From positions 3,188-67,187 of the IMG/VR virus record IMGVR_UViG_3300021400_001239: DNA of 64,000 nt, one strand, 5' to 3'. The position numbers and the translations under genes are program-made. The DNA is from a virus. Its lineage: Duplodnaviria; Caudoviricetes. Position 1 is the stretch's first letter. Each line of letters opens with the position of its first letter. The notes under the pieces are model-generated. The model was not told where the DNA came from, made no database searches, and saw nothing but the letters and a program-made list of their open reading frames with translations. Below are positions 20,374-31,300 of the stretch, one piece after another.

Positions 20374-20702
20374 TACTTTGTTCCTCCCATGCCTTCAAAA
20401 CCCGTACTTCTGATAGGAAGTTTCTCAACCTCGCACATTACTCTGTGGGCCGATCCATTTCCTCCAAGCTTTGAATATGGCTCGTACAAATATGTTCTTA
20501 AATTCTCGTACTCGTCCTGAGTAATCCAGCCTCGATCGATGTATCTCATTCCGAGAAACATTATGCGATCGTGTCCAAGACCTATGAGCATCGCTCGCTC
20601 GGCAGTATTGATTGCCGCTCTGTTTCCGAGAAATGCCCATAGGCCAGAGGAAGCCAGAACCGAGGTCAAGATAGTGACGATTATTTGTAACCATGATGTC
20701 AT
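20373..20702 (-). CDS. holin-associated membrane protein
   Basis: N-terminal TM, LGHDRI...YLYEPY..LGGNG motif typical of Firmicute phage pre-holin genes. Confidence 0.6.
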   Translation of the reverse strand: MTSWLQIIVTILTSVLASSGLWAFLGNRAAINTAERAMLIGLGHDRIMFLGMRYIDRGWITQDEYENLRTYLYEPYSKLGGNGSAHRVMCEVEKLPIRSTGFEGMGGTK

Positions 20703-21085
20703 TTAAGCGGCCTCCGTGACCAATTCATCCGATATGACCATTTTCTTACAGACGATCTTCACGGACTTACAAAACAACGTCTCGAATAGTTTAACCATGC
20801 TTCGACGCATTTCGAGCTCTGTTAAATTTGTTGGAAATATAGCATTTGCCGAGTATACGTTATCCATAAGAGAAGAAGCTCTGTCATTGATCTTGCGTTT
20901 ACAATCAAACAGAACCGATACATAAACGTCGAAATCGTTACACCATGTATTGGATTCGAACGATCTCCTTATATCTTTTATTCCAAAAGTCCGCTGAGTA
21001 AGATCAAACAATACATTTTTAACAGTTTCGGAGTATATAATCGGTTCCCATTTTGATTCTTTTCTTCTGGACACATATACACTAC

Positions 21086-21232
21086 TCATGCTTCAAAAGG
21101 TTCTCCAACAATCTCTTCGTATTCTTCAGGAGTGATACCGTTTGTACGATTCACAACGCTGTGAACACGACTTTTGTTCCACATCCCAAGATGATACCAG
21201 TCTCTGATTCTTTCGAAGTTTTTGCTATGCAT
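21086..21232 (-). CDS. XkdX-family small protein (not in the ORF track)
   Basis: Manual translation MHSKNFERIRDWYHLGMWNKSRVHSVVNRTNGITPEEYEEIVGEPFEA; ITPEEY.EI motif. Confidence 0.75.
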   Translation of the reverse strand: MHSKNFERIRDWYHLGMWNKSRVHSVVNRTNGITPEEYEEIVGEPFEA

Positions 21233-21242
21233 CACGACCTCC

Positions 21243-21539
21243 TCACAGTTCAACATCAGTCATCATGGCGATAAACGCAATATCAGACTCCATCTTGATC
21301 CGAGCGAGTTCCTCAGCAGAACGCTCACGGAATCCAAACCAGTATTTATCACCGTTCTTCTGAATGTAGACAAGCGCCATATTCTTGTATTCGGTAACAT
21401 TTTCACCATCGTTTACGGTCATAACGTATGTATTACCGGTAAACATCTCTTCCGTAACAAGATCATCAGAAATAAAATTATTCCCGTTAACAGATAAATT
21501 TTCCAGGACGGTCCCGTCAGCTAAGGTAAGACTATACAT
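21243..21539 (-). CDS. tail-fibre-associated protein
   Basis: MYSLTLADGTVLENL..NGNNFIS; usual position between fibre and XkdX. Confidence 0.55.
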   Translation of the reverse strand: MYSLTLADGTVLENLSVNGNNFISDDLVTEEMFTGNTYVMTVNDGENVTEYKNMALVYIQKNGDKYWFGFRERSAEELARIKMESDIAFIAMMTDVEL

Positions 21540-21593
21540 ATAACTTTTCCTTTCTTTAAATTTTATTAGGCGGAGGCACAAGGCCTCCTGATT

Positions 21594-22445
21594 TTAGTTT
21601 CCAAGGAGGAAGACGGGACGAACGTCGTAGCTGAAGGCAGCGCTGCCGGAGTAGAAGGCGGAGCCGCCGGAGTGGGCAACGGCAAAGTACGTAGCGTTAA
21701 CAACATCTCTCAGCCAAATAGAAGTTCGACCGAAATAATTCGGATTAAGTTTAAGCAAAGCGAATTGCTCTCGATCAATAGTCATATGATCATTGTTGAT
21801 AACACCTGCTGGTGACGGACTATGATGATAGCAGCCGTAAAAGTTAACTTCGTTCATGAGATTGACTTTGCAGTCGTACCATGCGCGGTTTGTAGGTACA
21901 CCGTCTCTTGTGGCATTTGAAAAGCTCTGACGATGCGTCATTACAAGACTGCCAAAGTCCTCTTCGATCTGCTCCTGGATAGCTGGAAGAGTTTCTGTAT
22001 ACATCAGTGAGTTGACGTATGCCCCTTCAGTGGTGCTTGTTTCATTCATTTTAGCAGTAGCGGGCGTCATACCGCTGACCATGATCATAACAAGATGATG
22101 CAAATCCTTAGCAGTTGATCCTTCTGCAGTAAGGCTGTCAAAACGGCCTTTATAATAATCGAGATCAGCAACAACATATCGGCGCCCATTTACGACAAAT
22201 GCATCACCTGGATATAGATCATCAAATGTTCCATTATGAATTGCGGCAAGCTGATCGCTGGTCGGAAGTCCATTAAACACACGTCCACCGTAAATGTTCC
22301 TATGTGTATATACTCCAAGCATATTTCCAAAATCTCTTGCCGCATTGACAGCGGTGATAGTCTTCGTCCCGTTTGTTCCATCTTTAATAAGCACGTCTCC
22401 AGTATCGAACCGGTTGACGGCTGTGTATTCTGTAATTCTGCTCAT
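21594..22445 (-). CDS. receptor-binding tail protein with DGR-type C-type-lectin variable region
   Basis: C-terminus WLRDVVNATYFAVAHSGGSAFYSGSAAFSYDVRPVF; run of NNC codons; downstream GGAGGC/GCCTCC hairpin at 21572-21588. Confidence 0.8.
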   Translation of the reverse strand: MSRITEYTAVNRFDTGDVLIKDGTNGTKTITAVNAARDFGNMLGVYTHRNIYGGRVFNGLPTSDQLAAIHNGTFDDLYPGDAFVVNGRRYVVADLDYYKGRFDSLTAEGSTAKDLHHLVMIMVSGMTPATAKMNETSTTEGAYVNSLMYTETLPAIQEQIEEDFGSLVMTHRQSFSNATRDGVPTNRAWYDCKVNLMNEVNFYGCYHHSPSPAGVINNDHMTIDREQFALLKLNPNYFGRTSIWLRDVVNATYFAVAHSGGSAFYSGSAAFSYDVRPVFLLGN

Positions 22446-22455
22446 TTATTTGCTC

Positions 22456-23484
22456 CTATTTTCTTATAAGTCCCCAAACTGACTGAAGTGTTATCTGTTC
22501 GTAATCAGTACCTTCACCACGACTGCAACGAACTCCAACACGATTGTTATTCCATTCAGTAACAAAAGCGCCCTGAATGTTTCTCGTACCGTTGTAATAC
22601 GAAATGAAACGAGTCTGCATTCCACCGTTGATGAACACTAACGACTCGAAATTAAGTCCTACAATAACGTACATTACAACAACAACCCATTGCTCCAGGT
22701 TAGGTGCGGCTATATAGTCGTAATTATCGCTTAAATGTGTTGGTGTAAACGACTGTGACGTTAGTTGAACAGGTGTACCAAATAGTCTAACATTACCGGA
22801 TACGTCAGAACTAATAAGCCATCGTCTTGTAATCTCGTCATACAGGCCAAACAAACCGACTCCAGCGCCAGCATACATCGAACCGGTGACTGTTCTACCC
22901 GAATTAGAATCTGTCGCAGAAGCAGTAAATCTGGTTGTCGTATCAGTAATACCATATGCCTCGACTCTGTTACCAGATATATTGACCATCGTTTTGCCAC
23001 TAGAATCAAGCACTCGATAACCGTTTGCCGTGGTTTGTGTATGAACGGCATTATCTAATCCGATCTGCGAAGTAGCTCCGAAGCGAGCCATCGCTTTTTT
23101 GTTACGGTTATAAACGGAAGTTTGTGTAGGAGACACCAAAAGATAAGCACCTGTAGGTTCTCCGCTATCGTCAAGCTGTCCAACAACAAGACCTTCGTCA
23201 GTCGGTTGAATATAGACATCACCCATTCTGGTTATTGCCGGGGTTGTGATGTTATTAGTGATAATAGCAGTATGGTTATCAAACGTAATCATTACACGGT
23301 CGCCATTACCAACTTCAACCGTGGATACAAACGGCGTAAGTAAATCCGAACCGTCAATCTTAACGAACATCTCCCCGTTGCTGTCAACAATCGTTCCATA
23401 AGCCTGAGTTCTCTTTGGTTTAACCTGAGACGATGCCGCGACAATTGTTTTAAAGTCATTTAATAACTTATCAGGTATGTTCAT
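22456..23484 (-). CDS. minor tail / baseplate protein
   Basis: Position in the tail module, beta-rich, VKIDGSD.LTP N-terminal motif. Confidence 0.6.
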   Translation of the reverse strand: MNIPDKLLNDFKTIVAASSQVKPKRTQAYGTIVDSNGEMFVKIDGSDLLTPFVSTVEVGNGDRVMITFDNHTAIITNNITTPAITRMGDVYIQPTDEGLVVGQLDDSGEPTGAYLLVSPTQTSVYNRNKKAMARFGATSQIGLDNAVHTQTTANGYRVLDSSGKTMVNISGNRVEAYGITDTTTRFTASATDSNSGRTVTGSMYAGAGVGLFGLYDEITRRWLISSDVSGNVRLFGTPVQLTSQSFTPTHLSDNYDYIAAPNLEQWVVVVMYVIVGLNFESLVFINGGMQTRFISYYNGTRNIQGAFVTEWNNNRVGVRCSRGEGTDYEQITLQSVWGLIRK

Positions 23485-23490
23485 CGGTCA

Positions 23491-24549
23491 TCACCTCCAT
23501 AAATTTGCAGTAAATACCGCAGTCTCTTCAACTGTACAGCCAGTTTCGCATTTTATCGATTGTGACACAACCTTGGCCTTTACGTTATTCAGACCGGCTC
23601 GACGGTAATTAAGAGTCACACAATCACCAATGTTTACAGGACAATAACCATGAGTGTAACTGATTGTGCATTCTAGCGTAGACAGGTCACGCAAAGAATA
23701 TAGCGCGTAATCATCAAGATTCTGTTGATTATAATCTGCTATGCCATCCGGATTGTTAATTCTTTGAACTATCTGCCGTCCACGACTAACTGTCGAAATC
23801 GGACTGTTTGGGTCATTGTTTTCTACTCTGGAATATAAAACCTTATCGTCTTTCGAAAATACAACTTCAAGAACGTTTGGTATTCCAAAAATATCCTGAT
23901 CGATGTCCACTGCTTCCTTCAGAATTGAACTGTTACCGTCGTTATACTCGTAAGTCGAGGTCATAGAATTAAAATCCTGATTTGGCATGAACAGTATTCT
24001 TGACAATTCATCCAATGCAAAATGGTAATTAGCTCGGGCAATCAAATCATTTGTAAAAGTAAACCAATTGTCTTCCAATTCTGATACAAACGGTGATTCC
24101 AACACGTGTAAACCTTTGGCAGTGATAACTGGTGCTCGTACATTCTCTCGAACTATGCGGTATGCCGATTCCATAGTATTTACGTTAGCAGCAATCGAAT
24201 AACCTATTGGAGGGTATTTCTCTTTTAGTTCAATCAACGGTGTATAGGCATCAATCGACAATGAACGATTTTTGCCGTCATAAGATGATCGTGGAGACTG
24301 ACAGAGAAATGTACCTAATGGAAATCGTTCTTTAATATGATTTTGAATGGTAATAAGATAAGGACGAACATAACACTCGCCAATGGCAGAAGTTGATTCT
24401 ATAGATGCACTACCCAATGTATCCGTTTTTTCGTCACGCTTGATGTTGCATGATGTTATAGAATCTATTCGTCTTTTATCACCCCAGGTGTATGGATCAA
24501 CTTCCTGATATTCAAATATTTGTTGCATCGACTTTGTCCAATCAGGCAA
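23491..24549 (-). CDS. minor tail protein (tail hub-like)
   Basis: MPDWTKSMQQ.FEY..VDP.TW conserved start; position after the large tail protein. Confidence 0.65.
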   Translation of the reverse strand: MPDWTKSMQQIFEYQEVDPYTWGDKRRIDSITSCNIKRDEKTDTLGSASIESTSAIGECYVRPYLITIQNHIKERFPLGTFLCQSPRSSYDGKNRSLSIDAYTPLIELKEKYPPIGYSIAANVNTMESAYRIVRENVRAPVITAKGLHVLESPFVSELEDNWFTFTNDLIARANYHFALDELSRILFMPNQDFNSMTSTYEYNDGNSSILKEAVDIDQDIFGIPNVLEVVFSKDDKVLYSRVENNDPNSPISTVSRGRQIVQRINNPDGIADYNQQNLDDYALYSLRDLSTLECTISYTHGYCPVNIGDCVTLNYRRAGLNNVKAKVVSQSIKCETGCTVEETAVFTANLWR

Positions 24550-24552
24550 ATA

Positions 24553-27500
24553 TCATACACCTCCTTCCACTCTTGTAATATTTAAGGTAATTGGAATTAA
24601 CATGCTATTGTAGCTGCGGTTAAATGACACATTAACCTGAGCCCAATATCCGCTTCCCGAAGGTTCCCTGACATAGGCGTTTCCTGTATAGATTGCCAAT
24701 CGTCTTAACTGATATAGGGTTTCTATATCGTTTCTTGGAATCTCGGTAGTCCAGTTAGAAGTAATTCCTAACTGTGTACCATAATAACTCACAGGATGCG
24801 AACGCCCAGCGTATGATATAAACGCTACATCTGGAGAATAATCGTCTGCTATTGCAATATTGTATGGCAGTTTGAGCATCGAACCGGACCACACCGGACT
24901 AGCAAACCAGTTTCCTTGTGCTTCTTCTTGATCGAGGTTGAAGTTTTCCCAGGTGTCGTCCCATTGAATAATTATTCCAGTTTCACCTACCGGAACACCA
25001 GGAAGATCATAGAAACCGACAGCACCGGTATTTTGATTTTGAGCAACCACCCTATACCTTGCGTGGTTTAGTGCAGGATGAGGATCGGTTATAGTAACGG
25101 ATCCATCATTAACAAGGCCGCTTTCTATAACCGTCAAACGACCATCGTATTCTCGTCTATATACACTCAGTAAAACGTCATCAACATAGTCAACGTCGTT
25201 TATCAAACAATACGGTCGAATGTAGGCGCATAATGTATCTGCGTCTATCGTTACATCGGCATCAGGAACTAAATCCTCATCATCCCAAGCTACTGTAAAT
25301 GACCATGACGCATCAGCAGTAAGACCAGAATCCATTGCCGCTGTAATCATAAGAATATAAGACACATTCTTATCAAGATTTACGTCACCTGCAGTCAATT
25401 CAAGGTTGAGAACGTTTTCGGTTGACGGAACATATCTTGAATATACAGATTCTCGTTCCCTGATGTATCTAGATTGCCCATTTTCATCAACGGTTTCGTA
25501 AGATTCATTAGCTATGATATCAACACTGAAGCCGATTGCTATTTGTGTGCTTGGTCTTGCAATGGCATTTATAATTATAGGATATGATCTAAGACCATAC
25601 ATCGGAGAGTCGTCTTCAGATTTTCCGGAAACATTAATTTCGAGCGTAGGTACTGCATAAAATATAATAGTTCTGTATCCAGACCATTCGCTGAAATCAT
25701 CCAAAACGCCTTTGGTTCTAACTCTCCATTTTAACGTAGCACCCTCTGGATAATCGCTATAGACAGCGCCAATAATTGCATCACCCTCCGAATCGGTAAT
25801 CACATTTCCGTTTTCGTCGGTAGTTTCATATTCGCCGACAGTGACCGGAGAAAATGTATAATAACTTGCCGTATCGTCTATAGACAAATGAGTAGCTTTA
25901 ACTATCGAAATAGCACCATTAAGTGTTAATTCTATTTCTGCATCTTGTTGTACAGAGCTATCCTCAGAATTATGAACCCAGTATAGATTTACAGTTTCGC
26001 CGATAACAGCGGTTGTTGTTTCAGACCATGTCGTTGGAGGCGACGGAACCTTTCCAAGAACAACCTTATAAATATCGGGACACCACCCAGAAGGCCCTAC
26101 TTCATTTACAGCTCGAACACGGAAAAAATATTCATGACCACTATCTAAACCGGTTATTAGAATTGCTTCAACGCCGTCAACGGATTTAGTAGTAGTCTGA
26201 TCAGATTCGTCAAAATAAGACAAATCTGTTGCATATTCAACATCATAGCTATCGGCGGTTTTAACTTTAGCCCAGGTAAGTCGTACCGATGTCTCGGTTA
26301 TGACTTGATGCGAGGTAAAACCAACAGGTGTTGCAGGTATAGTGTCAACATTGTCAGTATATTCAGACCATGTGCCAGCATTCCACTGTACATTAGACAT
26401 ATTTGTCGATGCACTATTAAGCTTCGTGGAATCAATTGGATTCATACCACGAGCTCTAACTTTGTAAAAACTGCCAGCCTGCACCGTGCAAGTAAATGTG
26501 GCTTCGTTATACGTAACCTCAGAGATACCAGTTTTGTATCTCTTTGAATTATTTGCTATAACATCGAACTGTATATGAGTAGTAGATGCATCGTAAGTTA
26601 CAACTTTTGCGGTCAGCGTAAGCCCATCGATGGAAATGGTCGGTGTCGGAGCTATTGCTGGATCACTGGTCACTTCCGTGTAAGAAAACGTAGTTGGTTC
26701 TGACTGAAGTGCTATCCATTCGTATGTGTCATCCTTAAGCCTGACAGTTTTCTTCTTGGCTATAGGCGTTACAAAGAATCGTATTTTTGTAGCTCCAGAT
26801 GGCGGCGTATAAAGCGAATAGCTTCTTTTCTCGTTTTCGTTTACCTGACCGTCGAACCATATCCCGCTACCAGGAGTCGTATACTGCCATACAGTTCGAT
26901 AATGGTCTGTGGTACTCGTGTAGTCCCAGTCCCAGGTAGCATACAATGTGCGTTCACCTGGAACTTGGACTCGTATTTCGGAAACTGCGGCTTTTTTCTT
27001 TTTTGTTTCCGGTTCCGAAACTTTTAAAGAATAAACAACCCATCCAGAAAATGGGAAAGTAACTGTACTAGAACTGCTAACACCCCTTACGTGATAACGA
27101 ACTTCAACAGCTTCCGCCCGTACATTATAGGTGGAAATGGGAGCCGTAACAGGTACTGTCGCCGACGAATCCGGCGACCATGTAGTTGCACCGCCCAGTC
27201 GATATTCCCATTCGATTTCAAAGTTGGATATTGCACCTGCTTTCCATTGCCATTGAGCTACAAGGGTCCGCTCAGTTCCAGCAACCAGACGACAGGTCTT
27301 TTTTACTGGTATTCGATTCTGACGTTCTGGGGTTTCTTCTACGACATTAAACGTTTTTGACCGTAACGATTTTGCAGTCCAGAAATATTTGTTACTAGCA
27401 CGAATCTTAGAAATCGGACGTACTGTTACTCGTACATTTTTTGCGTTCTGTGGTGCATCGTAAAGTGAGATTTTACTTGTTACAGAACTACGACTTCCAT

Positions 27501-28350
27501 CAAACCACGTCGTATCGCCAGGAACAGCATATTGCCAAACCACCTCGTAATGATCGGTATACGATTTGTTCCACGTCCAAGTAGCATAGACCGTTCTATC
27601 AGTTCCGTTCTGTCGGTCAAGACGTAAATTTGTAACCGTATCAGAAGAAACTTCAGTATCTTGTTCAATAACCAGTAACTTAGCTTCAGAATATCCCTTA
27701 CAAGTCCAATATGGAGTTTCAATAGCAGAATCAGGATAAGTTTCTGCAATCGGCTTTATACGAACCTTAATTCGAAGAGCATTATTAGGAGCTGTATAGG
27801 ATGAAAATTTATCAGTAACAATTCCACTATTACCAATAAACCACTCCTTGTTAGCAGTATAATATTCCCAAAGAACTGCATAACCAGCAGTATGGCTTCT
27901 CGACCAGGTCCATTCGGACCAATAGGTTCTGTCCGTTCCAGACTCTTTTCGGAGTCCAACCGCCGACTTATCCATCGCTGGAATTGATTTGGTTATGGAG
28001 CTTGCGTGTTCGGTAAAAGAATATGTGTAAAACTTAGTCCAGTTCGTTGTCCACTGTGGAGCAGAGTCACTCCCAGACTTAGCCTTCGCGACGGGCTTTA
28101 CCTGAACTCGTACACTAAGGGCGTTAGCCGGAGGAGTGAAAATGCTTTGTGTATGTGTTACGTTTTCTTCAGTGTTGATAAACCACTGAGGTTTTTTGTT
28201 TGTCGCAAGATTTCCAGTGGTATAATCCCATCGAACTTCATAGTGATCCGTCGTACTCGCCTTGTCCCACGACCAAGTCGCATAGACGGTTCTATCGGTA
28301 TTTTTCTGTAAATCGATTACTATATTAGCAATCGGATTAACTGATGCCAT
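24553..28350 (-). CDS. large minor tail protein with tandem Ig/FN3-like repeats
   Basis: Five repeats of RT.YATW.W...DHY.V.W.Y...WF plus FN3-like LTWAKV..ADSYDVEY and YFFRVRAVNEVGPSGW. Confidence 0.75.
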   Translation of the reverse strand: MASVNPIANIVIDLQKNTDRTVYATWSWDKASTTDHYEVRWDYTTGNLATNKKPQWFINTEENVTHTQSIFTPPANALSVRVQVKPVAKAKSGSDSAPQWTTNWTKFYTYSFTEHASSITKSIPAMDKSAVGLRKESGTDRTYWSEWTWSRSHTAGYAVLWEYYTANKEWFIGNSGIVTDKFSSYTAPNNALRIKVRIKPIAETYPDSAIETPYWTCKGYSEAKLLVIEQDTEVSSDTVTNLRLDRQNGTDRTVYATWTWNKSYTDHYEVVWQYAVPGDTTWFDGSRSSVTSKISLYDAPQNAKNVRVTVRPISKIRASNKYFWTAKSLRSKTFNVVEETPERQNRIPVKKTCRLVAGTERTLVAQWQWKAGAISNFEIEWEYRLGGATTWSPDSSATVPVTAPISTYNVRAEAVEVRYHVRGVSSSSTVTFPFSGWVVYSLKVSEPETKKKKAAVSEIRVQVPGERTLYATWDWDYTSTTDHYRTVWQYTTPGSGIWFDGQVNENEKRSYSLYTPPSGATKIRFFVTPIAKKKTVRLKDDTYEWIALQSEPTTFSYTEVTSDPAIAPTPTISIDGLTLTAKVVTYDASTTHIQFDVIANNSKRYKTGISEVTYNEATFTCTVQAGSFYKVRARGMNPIDSTKLNSASTNMSNVQWNAGTWSEYTDNVDTIPATPVGFTSHQVITETSVRLTWAKVKTADSYDVEYATDLSYFDESDQTTTKSVDGVEAILITGLDSGHEYFFRVRAVNEVGPSGWCPDIYKVVLGKVPSPPTTWSETTTAVIGETVNLYWVHNSEDSSVQQDAEIELTLNGAISIVKATHLSIDDTASYYTFSPVTVGEYETTDENGNVITDSEGDAIIGAVYSDYPEGATLKWRVRTKGVLDDFSEWSGYRTIIFYAVPTLEINVSGKSEDDSPMYGLRSYPIIINAIARPSTQIAIGFSVDIIANESYETVDENGQSRYIRERESVYSRYVPSTENVLNLELTAGDVNLDKNVSYILMITAAMDSGLTADASWSFTVAWDDEDLVPDADVTIDADTLCAYIRPYCLINDVDYVDDVLLSVYRREYDGRLTVIESGLVNDGSVTITDPHPALNHARYRVVAQNQNTGAVGFYDLPGVPVGETGIIIQWDDTWENFNLDQEEAQGNWFASPVWSGSMLKLPYNIAIADDYSPDVAFISYAGRSHPVSYYGTQLGITSNWTTEIPRNDIETLYQLRRLAIYTGNAYVREPSGSGYWAQVNVSFNRSYNSMLIPITLNITRVEGGV

Positions 28351-31300
28351 TAAGCCCTACCTCCCACCTTTGCGGCTCTGACTAGCATGTCAATGGCCGT
28401 AGAAACATTACTACCATCGTCGTATGTAATTCCGTCAATAATATACGTATTTCCTCTAGGAGCTTCATTCTGTTCCTTAAGAGCTTTAAGACCATCGATC
28501 AATGTCGACAGAATATCGTTGTCTCGGTCTCTGCGAGTCTTACGTTCGGATTCGACACTGCTAGCAGTTGATGTAGCCAGATCGATATTACCGTGAAGCG
28601 AGTATCTGTCCATATCGGACATCATAGAATAGAGTCTATTAGACCCATTTTGAATGTCCGACAAATCAAGAACCGGCTTGATGACCGGATCATCCACCAT
28701 ATCAGAGCTCATTAGATCGGACAAAGATAAAAGCGAATCACTAACGGTGCTTATAGCGCCCTCGGCAAGAACCCTTGCTGATTTGACAACCCCGAACGTG
28801 TTTCGTTTGATGCCTATCGCCAGACCCTGATCAAACCATTTACCAAGTTCGATCGTCTTCTTTGAAGGGGAATTCGACTTAAGTTCTCGTTTGGCCGCAT
28901 TATAAGCATCTCTGGCGGCTTGCTTGGCAGCGCTTTCAATCTTGCCAGCGTGATTCTTTACGCCCTTCGCAAGACCGTCCGACAATGCCTCACCAACGTC
29001 AACCCATTTATCTTTAGTGTCTTTAGCTGCTTCGGCACCGGCTTTAGCAACATCTTTGGCTGCCGTTTTGACTTTTGATTTATTTGCTTTTATTCCTTTG
29101 CCTAAAGAATCGTCAAAGGTCTTACCGGCAGATTTTGTTTTTTCGTTTCCGGCAGTCGTTGTAGCTGTTGACTGCAGTAATGACATCACGTCATCAACAC
29201 CAGAAGTAGCGTCAGACGCGTTATCGCTAATGCCTGACCCGATAATAGAAGGAATTTCGTTAGTAGAAGAGCCGATGCTATCCAGTATCTTTTGTGTATC
29301 AAACTCTTCACCCATTTGCTCTTTTAGTTTATCTAATGCGTCGGTAGCGTCAGAACTATTAGCCTCTATTGCAGAGCCGACCTCACTAGGAAGTTGTGCG
29401 GTCATCTGTGCCCATGCATCATCGCCGAACATCGACGTATCGAATTGTCCTTTTAAATATTCGCTAAAGTTATTAATATAATCTCCAGCTTCGCCAGACG
29501 ACCCTTCAACGCCGACACCTGCTTCTTTTGGCACTTTTTTTGTTATTTCTTGTATGCCGCCTTTCCCGAACAAAGTGTTTGAATACTCAGAAAGCATTCC
29601 GGTAGACATGGTTTTCATCGCTTTTTCAGCGACAGAAGAGTTGTTAGTAATTCCGTTAGCAGCACCTTCTGGAATGAACGCCGAGAACGCTTCCATTAAC
29701 TTTGATGGTGAATTAATCCCGAAAAAGTCGACGAACGCTTTGAACCCGGAAACGGCCATATCAGCAATTCCGCCTACGAATGCTCCACCGGTTTGAAGTA
29801 CACCGCCAACGGCACCGTTTACAATATCAGCACCTGCTTGCTGGAATGCTTGACCGAGAGATTTAATCTGTTCAACAATGGCCGGAATTGTACCGGCTAA
29901 AACAGACAATGCAGCAGCGAACAATAAAGAACCGGCGCCAACAAGTACAAAAGCAGCGCCAAGTGCTAATGACGGTACACCGGCGAAAGCGGCGGCAGCA
30001 CCAATAGCCACGATAACAATTGCAATACCGCCCAACCCTGCTCTCAATGTCTCTGGATCGCACTTATTCATTTCCTGAAGAGCAAACGCTAGTATGGACG
30101 CTCCAACACTTGCAATAACAAAAGCAGCGCCAACAACAACCATTGCTGCGGACAATTTCAACACGGTGCCAGCAAGAATATCAAGTTGAGGAGCAACCGC
30201 TGACATTGCCAAAAATGCTACCGCTATGCCGAATAAAGCATCCGCAATACCCTGAGAACCTTGAGCAAATTCTGCTTGATCCATTGATCCGAGCTTACGA
30301 ATAGCCTCGACGATGGCATATATTGTTGCAATCAGCACTAGCGGGGCCGCTAACATGCCAACATTTAGTTGTAACTGACTAAGTATTAATGCAGTACCAA
30401 CAAGTGCACCAGCTGCTGTCAGCATCATTTCTCGTGCACGTACTACATCTTCATTTGTGGCCAGTTTACCAGCAAGAATCATTTCAGCCAATAACAAGCC
30501 AAAAACAATCACGAATTCAAGAGGCGCTATCACCAAAGCAGGCGATAATTTAATTTCGCTCATAAACGCCGAAACGCCAACTAACGCAATAGCTGCCGCT
30601 GCCATGGCCTCAACGCCTGTATTTATTTCATCTCTAGTAGCTATTTTTCCAACTGCAACAATCTCAGCACAAAGTAAACCAACACCAATTGCAACGGATA
30701 TAGCCGTAATAAAAGCTCCAGGATTTATGCCATTTTGAAGTGCGGCGTTAAATGCAGCAGTAGCAAAAACTAGTACAGATGCTGTAAACAGCATAATCTG
30801 AAAACCTGCTTCGAGATTGGCCTTGTCATAAGCCAGACCCAATTTAACAATAGCCCCAGCCAATAAGCCAACGCCTAAAGCAAGTCCGATTGGAGCAGCC
30901 AAAGCACCCAAAGCAGCCGAAGATGTACCAGCGATATGTAACAAAATGCCTGAAGCTATTGAAATCACACCAAGAGCTGTAATTGCAACTGCTCCGCCCT
31001 TAACTAATAAATATATCGGTATCAAGGAAAGCACAATAATATCAGCAGCAAGAATAAGTAACGAGCCGACGATCGCCAAAGGCATAAGTACGTTTGCTGC
31101 ACCAGCGCTAAACATACCCATAATAGCTACAGCCGCTACAAGCAACGTACCCATAACCGTAATTCGATCGTATGCGGTGGTATACCACGTCTCAGGAATC
31201 AGAGCAAACGCCACTATATCGAGTGCTAGAATACCCAGAGCTAAAACGAAAGATATAGGCGCAAACAGATCTGCAGGATTAGAACCTAGATGTCTAAAAC

